Below are positions 33,671 through 46,623 of a stretch of 64,000 bases of DNA, in pieces. This DNA is from Botryllus schlosseri (taxonomy: Eukaryota): NCBI GenBank assembly GCA_051294905.1, contig CM119385.1, positions 22,258,001 through 22,322,000 on the forward strand, read 5' to 3'. The position numbers and the translations under genes were made by a program. Position 1 is the stretch's first letter; each line of letters opens with the position of its first letter. The notes under the pieces were generated by a model. That model was given only the letters and a program-made list of their open reading frames with translations. It made no database searches and was not told where the DNA came from.

Positions 33671-36516
33671 TCTAAGTATAGCTCGAATTAAATCCTGTAA
33701 ATAACATCAATATGTGGACTGTGCAGATGTTGAATCAGGTTACAAAAATCTGCTGATCAAATACTAGCATGTAGTTCACTCCGTTCTAAACATAAAGTGG
33801 TCTCAAATTAGAAACAAGCTTGAAAAGAATTTGGCTGCAGCCATCATCTTCATGAAACCACAATTTAAAACTTTACGTGAAATCTGGAAGTGGATTCTAC
33901 AAAATAATCTAAAATGAAAGTAAACTGGTGAGGTTTATGTAGTGTACTGACCTTTCGAGGAAAGATTGGGTAAGCTATACAAAGACTAAAGTGCTTCAAA
34001 GCTTTCTAGGTTTTTGTCAATTAAAATTCGGTTACAATCAACTAAGGAATCAAGACATGCACTTCCGAGCACAGACATAAGCAACTGGGGTACGCACAGA
34101 ATGAACAGAGTAATCAGCGCTCAAGTGCCTCGAGAAATCACCACAGATTATCCTGACGACTCCAATGACACGAATTTCCCCGCCCAGAAGCCACGCATTG
34201 CTACTATCCAAGCGGCATTCACTAACTACCAATCTGTGTATTCGCTGATGTTTTCCTCCGTTTCAAATTCTAGCTATGGCAAGTCTCCAAACTTCCCCTA
34301 GATCGGGCCCTCAGTAAATATCAATGCTCTCCTTCTGTAGATTATCATGTTACTAAGGCCTGTACCAAATCGAGGCTGGCAAACAGTCACATTAATTTGG
34401 CGAAGCAGATGCCGTTGTTTGTTATATTTTTCACAAGCGACTCACTATTCATAAGGTTTCATCGCCGTTCATCCTACAACCAATATTCATGTCCGCATCA
34501 TTTTTACGTTGTTTCCTTGTCATATATATTCTAAATGGTTACTATATGTGTATGTGTGTGATTTAATATATATGTTCACGTAATAAACCATAACCTGCAT
34601 CAAATACTCTGACGACCGACGAATGACTCTGGCCTCTGGCGCAGCATCGACAAAGGTGCGCAAAGCGCACTACAAAGATAAGAGGATTTACTATTTTCCA
34701 ATCCAAGTCCAAATGCAAATCCAGCGTAGTTCCATATATTCGATCCAAATCCGACCATACTCATCAACTTCGTTTCATTTCCAATCCACATCCAAATCCA
34801 TGCTCATCCCTGATGCACTGGCAATAATTCTGTAAATTCCCAGATACACAGCTGTCGATGTTCCGCCCCGCATACATTTGTGGGTTCTCAGACATCGTTG
34901 TTCGTATGGAATCATTTTTCTATGTGTTTCGCCAATACGCCCAAGACAAAGAGTATACCGTCAAAATATTTCAAATTCATATTGACGCCCGTCTGTCTAT
35001 TCATATCCTATATTATCCGGGAATACGGGTGTTAGGAGCAGGTATCCAAAGTCCAAACCGTACCGGTTGCTGTCAGACGCAACATACAAGGCGGATATAG
35101 CACGCGAATACCTTTTGTGAGCTTGTCACCTTTTAATATGTGGCCGCTAATATAATATAGCTGGATTCTAAACATCTGAACCAGGTTTTCTGACGTCTAT
35201 CGTAGCTTAGTCAATTCGCGAGAGGCTTTCTTGAATATCCGGCTTCAAGTAACCGTGATCGTTAACAATTATGATGACCACGACGGCAATAAGCAATAAA
35301 CTGCTGACAAGTTTTGCATTTGTCCAAAACTTGACGTATCATCACATCAGAATTTGCATTGATAGCGGAACCGAATCTCGCTTGATCGAAAAACTTTAAT
35401 CTGTCATTGCTATTGTAGATTTTCCAGGATTTGTTGAATTTGTTTACCATATTCATTAATACTGAACTGTTTGGATCATTAACATTGATTAATGCGGATT
35501 TTCAGCCATTGAAGGGATGTCTCCATTGACTTTTTTAATGACTTATCTCGAGTTAGTATCGCATAATGACATGACTTTACTCGGATTTGACGTACAAGAA
35601 ATGGTGGACTCTGGACTCGGACACATATGTTGATTGTTCATGTCAATAAATTTGCTACTCCTGAGTCTACCAGCCGCACTAGAATCGGCCACGTCATCAA
35701 TTGCAATCTTTTGTTTTTTGGATTCAGTCTACGTTTTCGATATGGTTAATCCCGTTAGCAGTAACATCGCAGGCAAAACAGCTTCGGCATGACTGGCCAT
35801 CCCATGACTGCCGTCAGAATGGCTTCGTCTTGCATTACACTATAACTACAGCCGGCTTGCATAAATCTGTTCAATAAGTATCGTATGTGCGGAACTACGC
35901 GCTGTTGAATATCTGTGTGTCATGCATGCATGCACTTTCGGCAATACGCCATAAATGAGGACCCATAATTGGCGATTGTTTTAGAATAAGGATGTAGCCT
36001 ACTTTACGCGCTGTTTCGGTAGCCGGTCATTGAATTCAAATCTATTCCACCGAAATCCTACATGGATTTGGATGACAGATGACAGGGCTAAAATGTAGCC
36101 AGAACACACAACCTTTAAGACACAAATATTCAACAGTCATAGTTGAAATTTTGCCTATCTAAAGGTTTTGTTTGTACAGTTAGAACCATTTCTGGGAATT
36201 ACGTTCACTTTTTCTGGAGTCAGCAACTACTGAATAGCGCGTGGCACGAAGAACGATTTCAAATTGAATAAAACTGCCATAAATACTCTACTCATTTCGA
36301 TTTACGAAATAATTTTAAGTCCTCCTTGGAGCTTCGAATCTGGTTTGGAAAATTTTTTCCACCCAACAAAATTCTTCGCAGTCATGTTAATTTTTTGGAA
36401 TGTGCTTCGCGGTCCCAGAGAATCGTCTTGTTGACCCTAAAATGACACAGGACCCCGCAGTTGGAGAACCGTTGATGTATAATGTCTCGTCTCGAGTGCA
36501 ATGACTCGGGTACAAG

Positions 36517-36941
36517 TAGGGTTGCATTTGAATAAAACGGTGTTTTTAAAACATTTTGTTTAAAACATGTTTTAAACAGTGTTTTTTTTTAAGTTGTAAA
36601 ATTATGCCATAATTGTGTGAATACTTTACAAAAAACATGTTGTATCAGCCTACGGACAATTACCACCCGATATAGCCGACGTATATCGATATGGGATGGT
36701 TGGAATCCTCCAAATAGTCGGCTCAACAGCAATATATATATTTCGTCAAAGGAGCTATATTTACCCGATTTTTTTTTTATTGTCAATGCATATCCACTAT
36801 GACGTTACAATTGAATATTTGTGACGTCATGATTTGAAAAAAAAAACATAAAAAACAATAAAAAACATGTTTTAAATTAGGGCCTTGTTTTAAGTAGCCT
36901 ATGTTTGTTTTAAATTGATTTTTGTTTCAAATGCAACCCTA
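36517..36941. mobile_element. hAT MITE
   Basis: TIR TAGGGTTGCATTTG / CAAATGCAACCCTA; perfect TSD GGTACAAG. Confidence 0.9.
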
Positions 36942-37194
36942 GGTACAAGCCGAATCAATCCAAAATGCGACTCAAGCCGCGTTCATGTTCATTATTCAAA
37001 CAAATGGTGATTCCCGCGTCTCTATCTAATTACAATTCCAGGTGTTAGATTGCTTATCTGGAATTCAATGCATATCAACCTTTATTCCGAAAATCCATTT
37101 GCTCAATGATTAAATGTCATTAAATCGTTTCACAACGAGTCGATTGCTGTTACTCCTATAGTCGCAATGGCTCACATAACGCACTTCACGCGAT

Positions 37195-40100
37195 CTAGAA
37201 TTTTTTTCCACACGAATCACACTGTCTGTCTTTCATCAGGAACAAGCACAGTAATCCGAATGGAAAAAAGAGAATGCAAAGAGTGATCCCACAGCACGAG
37301 AATTTTTCATTGATGTAGCCCCTGAAATTCAGAAATTGGAATAGGTTGGATTCACGTATATGTGATGGTCAAAGTAGTCACAGTTGGTTCTCAAGTAGCT
37401 TCTCGGGCAGGAGGTCACCAATCTTTTTGCAACCAAGAGGTACTTCTTGGGTACTCCCGCCGTTTACCCATACCAGACGGAATTTCCGCTTTGATATTCA
37501 TAGCACTGGGCAGGAATCACACTGCGGTAAAACTTCTAAAAGAGTCTTTTAAATCAAAACATCCCATTTCAAGTAGCTAGCCACTAAGAATTTTTTGAGA
37601 AATTATGAATTACTTTGCACCATGTTAACATAAATAAATTATTCAACAACAGTCAACTCAAATTTTAAAATAAATCATGTCACACTTTAGACCGGACATC
37701 ATGTTATCTGTTCTTCCTATATTAGTCCGTTGGAAGCCTGGCATTGCATGCTATTAACCAATGCGATGTACTCTGGTATGTAACTTGACGCTGCAACTCT
37801 GAGTGAGTGTTACAGATGTGCATTATTGGTGAGGCGTGTCATCATTTTGAGTATTTATATATATGTATTGTCATTTGTAAGTTACATGTTAGTGTGAATT
37901 ACACAAGAATAGCTAAATAAATAAATCTATATATTTAAAAGCTCACTGTTAGTAATCTGTCGAATATTGGTAAATGCTGCTATTCGATCTATTTTTAGAA
38001 CAGGCTGGCGGGCTACTCATCTGGTCCTCCCGGGCTACCTGGGGCTCGAGGGCACCGCGTTGGTGACTCCTGCTCTAGGACTATAAGTAGAATTGTAAAT
38101 TATACTCGAAGTAATTCGTTAACGGCCAGCTCTGAGTAAAAGTGCAGCTCTGATTCATTCAAGTAATTTTGTCGTGTGACCATGTTATTTGAAGAGGCTG
38201 TTGGAGGTACAGAACTTCAACAATTTACAATAATATATAGAACTATAGTATTGAAACAATTCGAACATTTTCGTCATATAACAGAGCATTCATCATATTA
38301 TTATTTTCGACTTACCCGCATCTTGGACAGCTGCCTGCTCTGAATTGAACCGTTGCCGTAGCGGCCGGTTGCGCCATCACTACTGTCGTATTGTTCTGTG
38401 GCGGTGGAGGCGGGGCGCTTTGTATGATGGTCTGATGGAAGTTGTTGGTCGGTGGCGGAGGTGCCGCATTTTGTACGAAGGTCTGGTTGAAATTGCTGGG
38501 CTGAACTGTGAAACTATGCTTAATCGGACAATAGTTTTCAACAATATTACTTAATGCTGATAACGTATTACTCGCGCGATTTTTTGACATGTCAAAAAAA
38601 AGTCAAAATTTTGTCAAAATTGTGACGTTCGGTCAAACAATTGTCAAAATTGCTTACAAAGTCAGAGTTTTGTTGCATCCTGCATTTCGTCTTAATCGTA
38701 GATGTATGGCAAGGATCGGCAACCTACGGCCCGCCACGCGAAATCGTCCGGCCCGCGGCATCATAATTAGTTGTTGAGTTTCAAACTTCAGTGCCAGCAC
38801 TGTTTAGAAAAATTGTGGCATTGCTAAGATATAAGTAGGCCTACGTTGTACTACTCTGTTGGTACGACATAAAACCGATGCGTAGGCGGAATACTGATAT
38901 TATACCATACCAAGTGCAGTGCAATATTGTCTGCAGAGTTAACGATAGTTGCCAAGAACAGTGCTCTTCAACCGAGTGCGTACACCCAATCGTGTACCAT
39001 ATATTTTAACGGGTGTATCATGTGCCACTCTGATGGGTTGTAGGCCTACCAGATATCGCATTTCATTCGGGTGATGACTAGCTATCACAACAATGAATTT
39101 GCTACTGACTGATATTTCAGAAGGGGTCGACTGGATGTAGAATACGGTATAATGCTCCAAGTGTACGCACTACGCAGCTTGTAAATTACATACTATTAGA
39201 CATGTCATTAATGGCTCCACTTGTTTGTAGTATTTGTGTTGTTTTCCGACTGCAATGTCATTTACACCAGGCCGATATTCCTTATTTTGATTCTGTAGAT
39301 ATGCCGACTTGTAGCACGGCCTACTAATTTAATTACTGAATTTTCCGAAATTCGTTCTCTACGAAATAAATTCAGGCTATTCAGTACTTCGTTTGCTGTA
39401 AAAGTTATTACCATACCCACAGAATTTCAAAATGATCTTATTGAAATGCAATTCAGTGACGAATTGAAGGAAAAATTCCGTACAAAGAGCATATCGCTAC
39501 TTGACCTTTACAAAAAGTACATCCTTGAAAGTGGTCTTTATCCCAGCTTGACCACTGACCAGCCATGCAAAAGAAACGAAGAGCAAACTAAGATCGCGCA
39601 TTTCCGACGCCCATTTAGAAAATGTTCTGGTTCTTGCATCATCTGACTTGGTACCAGATGTAAAAAAAAACTTTCAAAAAGCAACCAGCATCAAGTTTCA
39701 CAATAATGCTGTGTTGTTGTGTGAATATGCATTTGCTCTTTTTGTGATTGGTATGGTTGAGATTGAGCAATGTAGCGTAATATACTGAAGTGAGTATGAA
39801 TTGTAGTATGAGAAGTCCGGCCCGCCTATGAGTTGTGCCTTTGATATTTGGCCCGCGACCACCAAAAGGTTGCCGACCCCTGATGTATGCACTGTCGGTG
39901 AACTTATAATTTTATATTTTACATATTGCAGCCTACTTTAGAGGCCTACCGTTGTAGACGGCCCATTGTCTGCTCATTGTCGATCATACACGGTCACATC
40001 AAGCTGATACATGATTAAATCGTATACATTATATTGCGGATCATTGGCGCTCTATTCCACCAATACATTAATTCGCAAACAAGTAAATTGGCAAAAATAT

Positions 40101-41884
40101 GATGATTGCCAGATTGAACACAGGTATAAACTGCTATAACGGTGGCGTTAGCGACGATATAAGTTGACGTATTTCCATGCTCCTTTTACGTTAGGCGCGG
40201 TCATGCGTATGCATTGTGAGGAATACTAGAGATTTAACTGAAAAGGCGGACCTTGGTATTTCGCTCATAATTAGTAATCACTAGGGCGATTTTTTTTTAC
40301 CTAAAAAACGGAAGATTTTGACCTAAAAAATCTAAATTCTGACCTCACGTTGACCTCTAAATTTTGACCAAATTTTGACCTCACGTATGCAAATCAGGTG
40401 TTTTCGCACATAATGTTAAAATTGTACTACTTATCTTCATTTCTGGTTGGAACTGTCTGTCCTTACAAAGTAGATTGGCCTGAAAGAACGTTTTGGCTCA
40501 AAAACTGATAAATTTTTACATGAAAAAACTAGTATTTTAACGAAATCTGGCCCTATGAAGAATTGCAGTAGTTACATTACGTATTATGGTGGAATAATTA
40601 AAATTTGCTGTAGTACAACGAAAGATACTTTCCTACATTCTCTGGTAGAAAGTGTTTGTTTTGTTTGTTTGTTTTGTGGTATTCATGGTGTTTGTCAACT
40701 ACTATGGTCATTTACACCAGGCCGATATACTTCATTATTTTCCATAACTGCCAACATATAGCACGGCCCACCTCTAGGCTTTTTTGTAAGACACCGCTTA
40801 CGCGGATGAGGTGGCGAGGAGGAGCCTAGGTAAACCTCCAACACTTAGCTATCGGAATTATGAAGTCGACCTCGGTCGGAATCGAACCCACACCCATTGG
40901 TGTTGCAGCCCCGCTGCGCTATCTCGGGTAGAAAGTGTCTGTCCTTACTAAGTAGCTTGTCAAGAATGGAGAAAGAACGTTCAACAGCAGCAGTTGTTAG
41001 CTGACAACACTGAAGTTGTGTGCACACTGCTTGCTGGCGATGCACCGTGTTGCTTCATTCTGACAATGTTTTCTATATCACAATTTTTCAGCTTGCGCTT
41101 CTTGATGTAAGAACCATGCAATGCCCAAGCAGTCTTGCTTCAGTTAGGATATTGCGGTACGTTGACCATAAAACCATGTCACTATTTGTTTTATTTGACC
41201 GTTTATGATTTACAGTGAGCAGACGATGGGCCGTTTACAACGGTAGGCCTATAAAGTAGGCTACAGGCTGTAAATTATCAAGTGATAAGTTCACAGACAG
41301 CGCAAAATCTACGATACAAACTAAATGTAGAGGTCGAAAAATGTTTGATTTTGTAAACAATTTTGACAAATTTTGACCTAACGCTACAATTTTTACCTAA
41401 TTTTGACTTTTTTTGACATGTCAAAAAAAAAATCGCCCTAGTAATCATCATTCCGGTTGCAATTTGCATGCAATGGTTTCACATTGGCGTTTTCGCAGCT
41501 ATGAATAACTATTTTTCAGTCTGTTTTCCAAAACATTCTGAACTCAATGTGCTTTCTTGGAATCTGGTAGCGATGGCCTATTGACATGTTCGACATTTGC
41601 TGCATTGTGATATTATTTACAGGAGAGTATTTAATAAAGGTCAGCGTTTCTTAGAAATGTGTTGGATAATAATATATAAGCATTTTCCATTCACTCAAAA
41701 CTGGTACGGGGGCCAGATGAGATCAATTGGGGGTCATATGTTTGAAACGCCTGATTTCGAGGTGTGCACCATTCATCCGTCATATGCTACTTTCCTTTCT
41801 AGCGAAGTATGGCTATGTTTTGATCTTACCTGGAGGTGGAGGGGGTGCATATGCAGGTTGCTGATATTGTGGGTAGACTGACAT
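37195..41884 (-). CDS. BRI3: BRI3/DUF2367-like protein, paralog 5 (3 exons, 123 aa)
   Basis: Exons 41884-41830 (MSVYPQYQQPAYAPPPPP), 38505-38316 (VQPSNFNQTFVQNAAPPPPTNNFHQTIIQSAPPPPPQNNTTVVMAQPAATATVQFRAGSCPRCG) and 37321-37195 (GYINEKFSCCGITLCILFFPFGLLCLFLMKDRQCDSCGKKF*). Confidence 0.92.
38710..39882 (+). mobile_element. Deleted Buster/SPIN-like hAT with transposase C-terminal relic
   Basis: TIR CAAGGATCGGCAAC / GTTGCCGACCCCTG; TSD ATGTATGG / ATGTATGC. 39420-39705 encodes EFQNDLIEMQFSDELKEKF.. and KSKLRSRISDAHLENVLVLASSDLVPD...QHQVS. Confidence 0.8.
40282..41440 (-). mobile_element. Deleted hAT (Ac-type TSD) with dimerisation-domain relic
   Basis: TIR TAGGGCGATTTTTTTT / AAAAAAAATCGCCCTA; TSD GTAATCAC / GTAATCAT. 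The minus strand encodes CQLTTAAVERSFSILDKLLSKDRHFLPE. Confidence 0.82.
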
Positions 41885-42538
41885 CTTAAGACTATCTACC
41901 GTACTCAAATGTTATTCCTGTAAATATCAGAACGTATTTTCTTAATATCTGATCTCCTCCTCGAATGTCATCAGGTATAATATATAATACGATGAACTAT
42001 ACCAAGAGTGACCACTGCACAGTACTCCACCCTTGTGCTTAAAAGGCGACATCCGGTCTGGCTGGATTATAATATAGTCTACCAATATAGCCGTCAAATC
42101 AAACACCAAACTCACACATTTACAAATTGTGCATTGTACTCTTTAGCCATTATAAGAATAGTAAGCACGCCAATATATAGCATCAAAGTTATAGGCTACT
42201 TAGAAGTAGGCCTGCTGTACTCTTTTTCCAAGACACGCGGACTGCTGGGTGACCGGGCTTTTCGAACAACAGCCAAACATTCGCTAGTTAACATGCCGTC
42301 GTTCAGCATAATCTGACGACATGTTTGCTGACCAGTGACCATGACGTCGACAGCTAGATCATTCTAGCTGTCTAATTATGGAGCTTAGAGCTTGATGCCG
42401 GTAGTTCTAATCTAATTTGTGATATGTTTCTATGCTGTCATTTTAATTGTAATCTATTTTCTGGTTTTTCCGAAAATGCTACTGGAGAGCTGTATTGTGC
42501 GAAATGAGCCAAGCCTGCTGTACAGACATTTGCTATTC

Positions 42539-42928
42539 TAGGGTTACCATGACTCCTCTTTTAAGAGGATTTGTCCTCTTTTTTGACTTTTTTGAAAGTG
42601 TCCTCGGAGGACTTTTTTGAGATTTTGTCCCACTTTTGAGAATGTAGGTCATATTTATAGCAAAATGCGACTGGAATGCCGTAAATCAGCTACGAAGTGA
42701 CGCTCCGGCGCCGGGTATTTAGGTATTTTTTTGTTTAGTCAACCACCTGACAATGTGGAGGCAAAAACGGTATTTTGGGCGCTGAGAGGGAAAGCTGAAC
42801 TGTTTTTATTCTACGACCACAAAGTGGGAAAAATTTACCCTTTTTTTGAGAATTTTTCTCAAGTTTTGCAAGTCTGAAAATTCTGAAAAAGTGTCTTCTT
42901 TTCAGATTTCCAAAATATGGTAACCTTA
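42539..42928. mobile_element. TAGGGTTACC-family MITE
   Basis: TIR TAGGGTTACCAT / ATGGTAACCTTA; TSD TGCTATTC / TGCTATTA. A partial copy lies at 15283-15540. Confidence 0.8.
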
Positions 42929-45900
42929 TGCTATTATCATGCTTATGATAATGAGAGGAAGAGAGAGAGGGAGAGAGAGAGAGAGAGTTCTTCTATTACA
43001 GCCACCATGATATACAGTTGTAAATAACCACAACCATAAGTACTAAAATGAGAATTTTGCCAAACATATATTACATGTATAGACAGGGAGACTCGATATC
43101 ACCAAAGTCTCCAAGGCCGGAGTCACCCGAGCATATTTGGAAGTAATAATAATCCATTTCCTCCCTCAGTCAAGTATATACGAACAACGAGTAAGGAAAC
43201 GAAAACAAAAGTAAGCAAAAGAGAACTCTGATTTCATATGAAGGATCCGTGGACCCCTTGGGAGGCACGAAGCACAAAATCAGGGGGTACGAGATGCATT
43301 GAGGAGTTAGGCCTATGTGCTATATCTAGAGCACAAAATTATTTATGAATCAACTAACAGTGGAATATTTCTAGGCTGATTTATCCAACTCAAAAATTTT
43401 CTTCGCGCTGTGCGTGATTTCATGTCAATAGTCCTTTCGATTTTACCATAGGTACCATCAGAAGTTGGGTTGTTCATGGACAGGATTGCGGGAAATTTCG
43501 TTTAAGGTTAAGGGGGTATAATATTTTGAAATTTTTCCTGAATACTTTTCAAGAGTTGCCGGAAAATGCGAATTTTATGAGTGCGCCTCTGCACCTGTCT
43601 GCGGTCTCTCTCGTTCACCGAAGCGATGTTATTGTGATTATCCAAGACCTATATTTTATTTATGTAGTATTATATCTTTCTTTGAGATGATATATTTGAA
43701 ATATTTTAGTCGCATGAATAAGAGGTTATAAATAGATTTAGTCGATATGACAATCCATTTTTAGATGCATTGACATCGCCGTGAAGTGTTCTAGGCCCAT
43801 TAGTTACGTCAAATGCCTGTTATGCGTCGTTTCATTGTTGAGATCCTCATCCTCAATTCTCACTTTGGCTAAAACACTGGATGCAAAATATGCAGGCTGC
43901 GCTGTTGCTCAAAGACCTCCCACGTCGGGATATCCGCTGATTCCGTGGTGAAACATCGCCCAAGCGTCCGAATCTTTGGCGTCGTTGTAGTAAGTAACTT
44001 TGTGATATAACAAATGCTTTGAATTGGGAGGTGAAGTCAAGAAGAAGCTCAAGAAGATATCAAAATTAATCATTGACACGATCAACACGGATGGATTTAC
44101 CAGTAAATACTTCGATCCGTTTGAGTTGTTAAATAAATCTTTCCCGACATACGTGACGCAATCAGAGCGATAGGGCTGATTCTGTTTGGTTGTTTAGGAT
44201 CCGCGCGGCTCAAACATGTCGCTTGTCGCCAGGCAACGTTCGAAAACTAATCTAGATCGTGTCGAGATAATCGTGAGGTTTGTTCAAATAATTGGTTCAA
44301 ATATTTGTTGTTCGTGGTTCCTGCGGTAGAAGGAGTATTGTTATGGGGACTATATTTCCACATCTGTTTTATCGACTCTGGCTTGAACTTGTTTGACAGC
44401 GAATCAGTCTTGGACTTGGACAACGAGATAATCCAATCAGTCTAATCTAATTAGAGCGAATTGCCGGTAGTGTAATGTGAAACGTTTCTATACTCATCAT
44501 TTTGATTATAATCTTATTTCTGGTTATCCTGAAAATGACACAGAAGAACTATATAGCGCAAAACGCACCAAGCTCTCTGTGCAGATATTCGATATTCTCG
44601 TGATTACGAAAATGAACTAAAACTTGACACGAACTGAAATTTCATTCTTATTCGGAATTTGATTCAATTCCCAAGTTTTGCGAATTCAGTAATTCTAATT
44701 CTAATCCAATCTGGAAAAAGTCGTGTAGCTATAATTCTAATTCTAATCTTTTTTGGTAAAGGTAAAAAAATTGTAGCTTTTCAATTTTGATGCCGCGTGT
44801 CTTCTATGTTCCACGACGTCATCACGAAGACGAAAAGCCAATGCAGTCCAGGCATTGAAAAATCTGACGCAGTCGTATGCTGTATAGACCGTATGCTGTA
44901 TAGGCCGAATCCTTCTTTTGGGATTTAACGAAAAACGAACAGCACTACCATACAATACAGCTGTCTGGTTTGACAGTGAAACCACAAATATATGACGCCA
45001 GAGCATCAGAGCGATCGGAGAAAAACAACGTGAACAGGATTCGGATCACCCATATCACTATACGAAATATACCTAATTTAATTAAGCTACTTATACGCAG
45101 TAAGCATAATGATATTTTCGTTATATGCCTATACGTACAGGTCTACAATTTGCCTTTTCGTTATATAGTGAACTCGCGATTACAAGTATCGCGTGTGCTC
45201 ACAATCGCAATACGATTAAAATGCTGTTTCTAGTATTCTAACGTCCAACTATCTATATATAAATGTTTATGTTTGGTGTTAAGCATAATATTTATAATAC
45301 GAAGATAGTTTGACTGTCTAAAAGTTAATGAATCAAACATCTTTTAAGGTTAAACAAAAGAGGTTAGCAAAAAGGCATGAAAAGTGGTCATGTGGGTACA
45401 TTCAAGAATCATATCAATAGTCCAGCCTATATATTTGCAATTATGGCTCTTAGCGAAACGCGCAGATATCAGGGGCGAATATCGAGCAGCCAAGTGGAGT
45501 ACAATTTCGATATAGAGTTGCCAGAATATGCAGTGCAGATATGTTTTACTGATATGTAGCTGCATATCATCTTGATAAACCGTCTTTAAGCAAGTCACCG
45601 TATAGGCGTGGCCGCTATTATCAGGCATTAGTAGGAATAAGGCCTTGACTTCTGTATCTACATTTCGGCAATTTCGAATGGTTAAAGCAATCGTATGTCG
45701 ATAGCATGGCAATATTTCACTTCTAATCTTCCACTGAATAAATAGGTGGTAATGATAGATGATGACTTTGGTTGCTCAACATATTGAAAAACAACAGCCA
45801 AACATGTACCTTTGTGATCCTAAAACTATAACACCAACTCTCACCCAAATCAACCTTCATCTTAACTCACATGGTGAAGAGTCGCATGGTCAAATTCTCA

Positions 45901-46354
45901 TATACCCAGTCCACGTCTGGTATCTCAGCTACGTAGGACCATGCTCTAAATTTCAGACTTGGATTGGGTCTATTTCGTCGCTGTGGAATCAAAGTACCTT
46001 ATGTCTATTCTTCAAATTTTGAGATCCATTTTCAAATTTATATGATATCAAGTTTTTGCGAAATTTTCACTTCCTTCCGGTATTATTTGGGTCATTTTTA
46101 TGTTTATCACATTTTTTTCAAAGGTAAACACAGCTTAGGTGTGGCCGAATAAAAATGAATATTTTTCGTGAAGTTGATTTTCTCGAAATATGTAAAATGG
46201 ACATAATTATGATAACAATGCAATTGATTTCACAGCGACGATAAATAGGCTACTTTTGCAAGTCATATATTTAGTAAAATTATCGTATGACAATGTTTTC
46301 TGCTTTCAATTGTGCAGGTTTGGACTGCTTAGAATAGAATTATACTCGAATAAT

Positions 46355-46500
46355 ATGCAATGTTCTTTTCAATTCTCTACTATAGTTGCTTAGTATTACC
46401 CCTGGCGAGTGTCAGCCGAAAATATTTGGGTTCATTTCAATATGAATATACAATTGAATTGTGTATTAAAGTTCTGTACCTCCAAGAAGCTCTTAAGAAT
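46355..46500 (+). repeat. PLE terminal repeat copy, core CTGGCGA
   Basis: accc CTGGCGA gtgtcagcc GAAA atat TT gggt at about 46398-46431, followed by aaagttctgtacctccaagaa. Confidence 0.75.
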
Positions 46501-46623
46501 TATTCTTGTTTCGAATTTCCCTGGGATAGGATATTTCTGCATGCACGTCTTAGCCATCAGTTTTGTTGCATTTATTATTGCATTATCAATATTAGCATTG
46601 CAAATATGTATCACAGGGACTCG

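Noticed and set aside
34014-34301. ORFs at 34014-34301, 49296-49667 and 54648-55022
   Set aside because: No recognisable motifs or splice context; lengths are compatible with chance.
34858-34893. ATG TCT GAG AAC CCA CAA (MSENPQMYA, minus), resembling a BRI3 exon 1
   Set aside because: No PPxY, no GTAAG donor at the expected place and no conserved upstream acceptor block.
35262-35456. VMIRQVLDKCKTCQQF, similar to an integrase zinc-finger half
   Set aside because: The match is too short, with no His pair or catalytic core nearby; it could be an ancient relic but is unsupported.
40858-40920. tRNA gene (GGTTCGATTCC B-box on minus)
   Set aside because: No complete cloverleaf or A-box; a SINE-like fragment inside a hAT relic.
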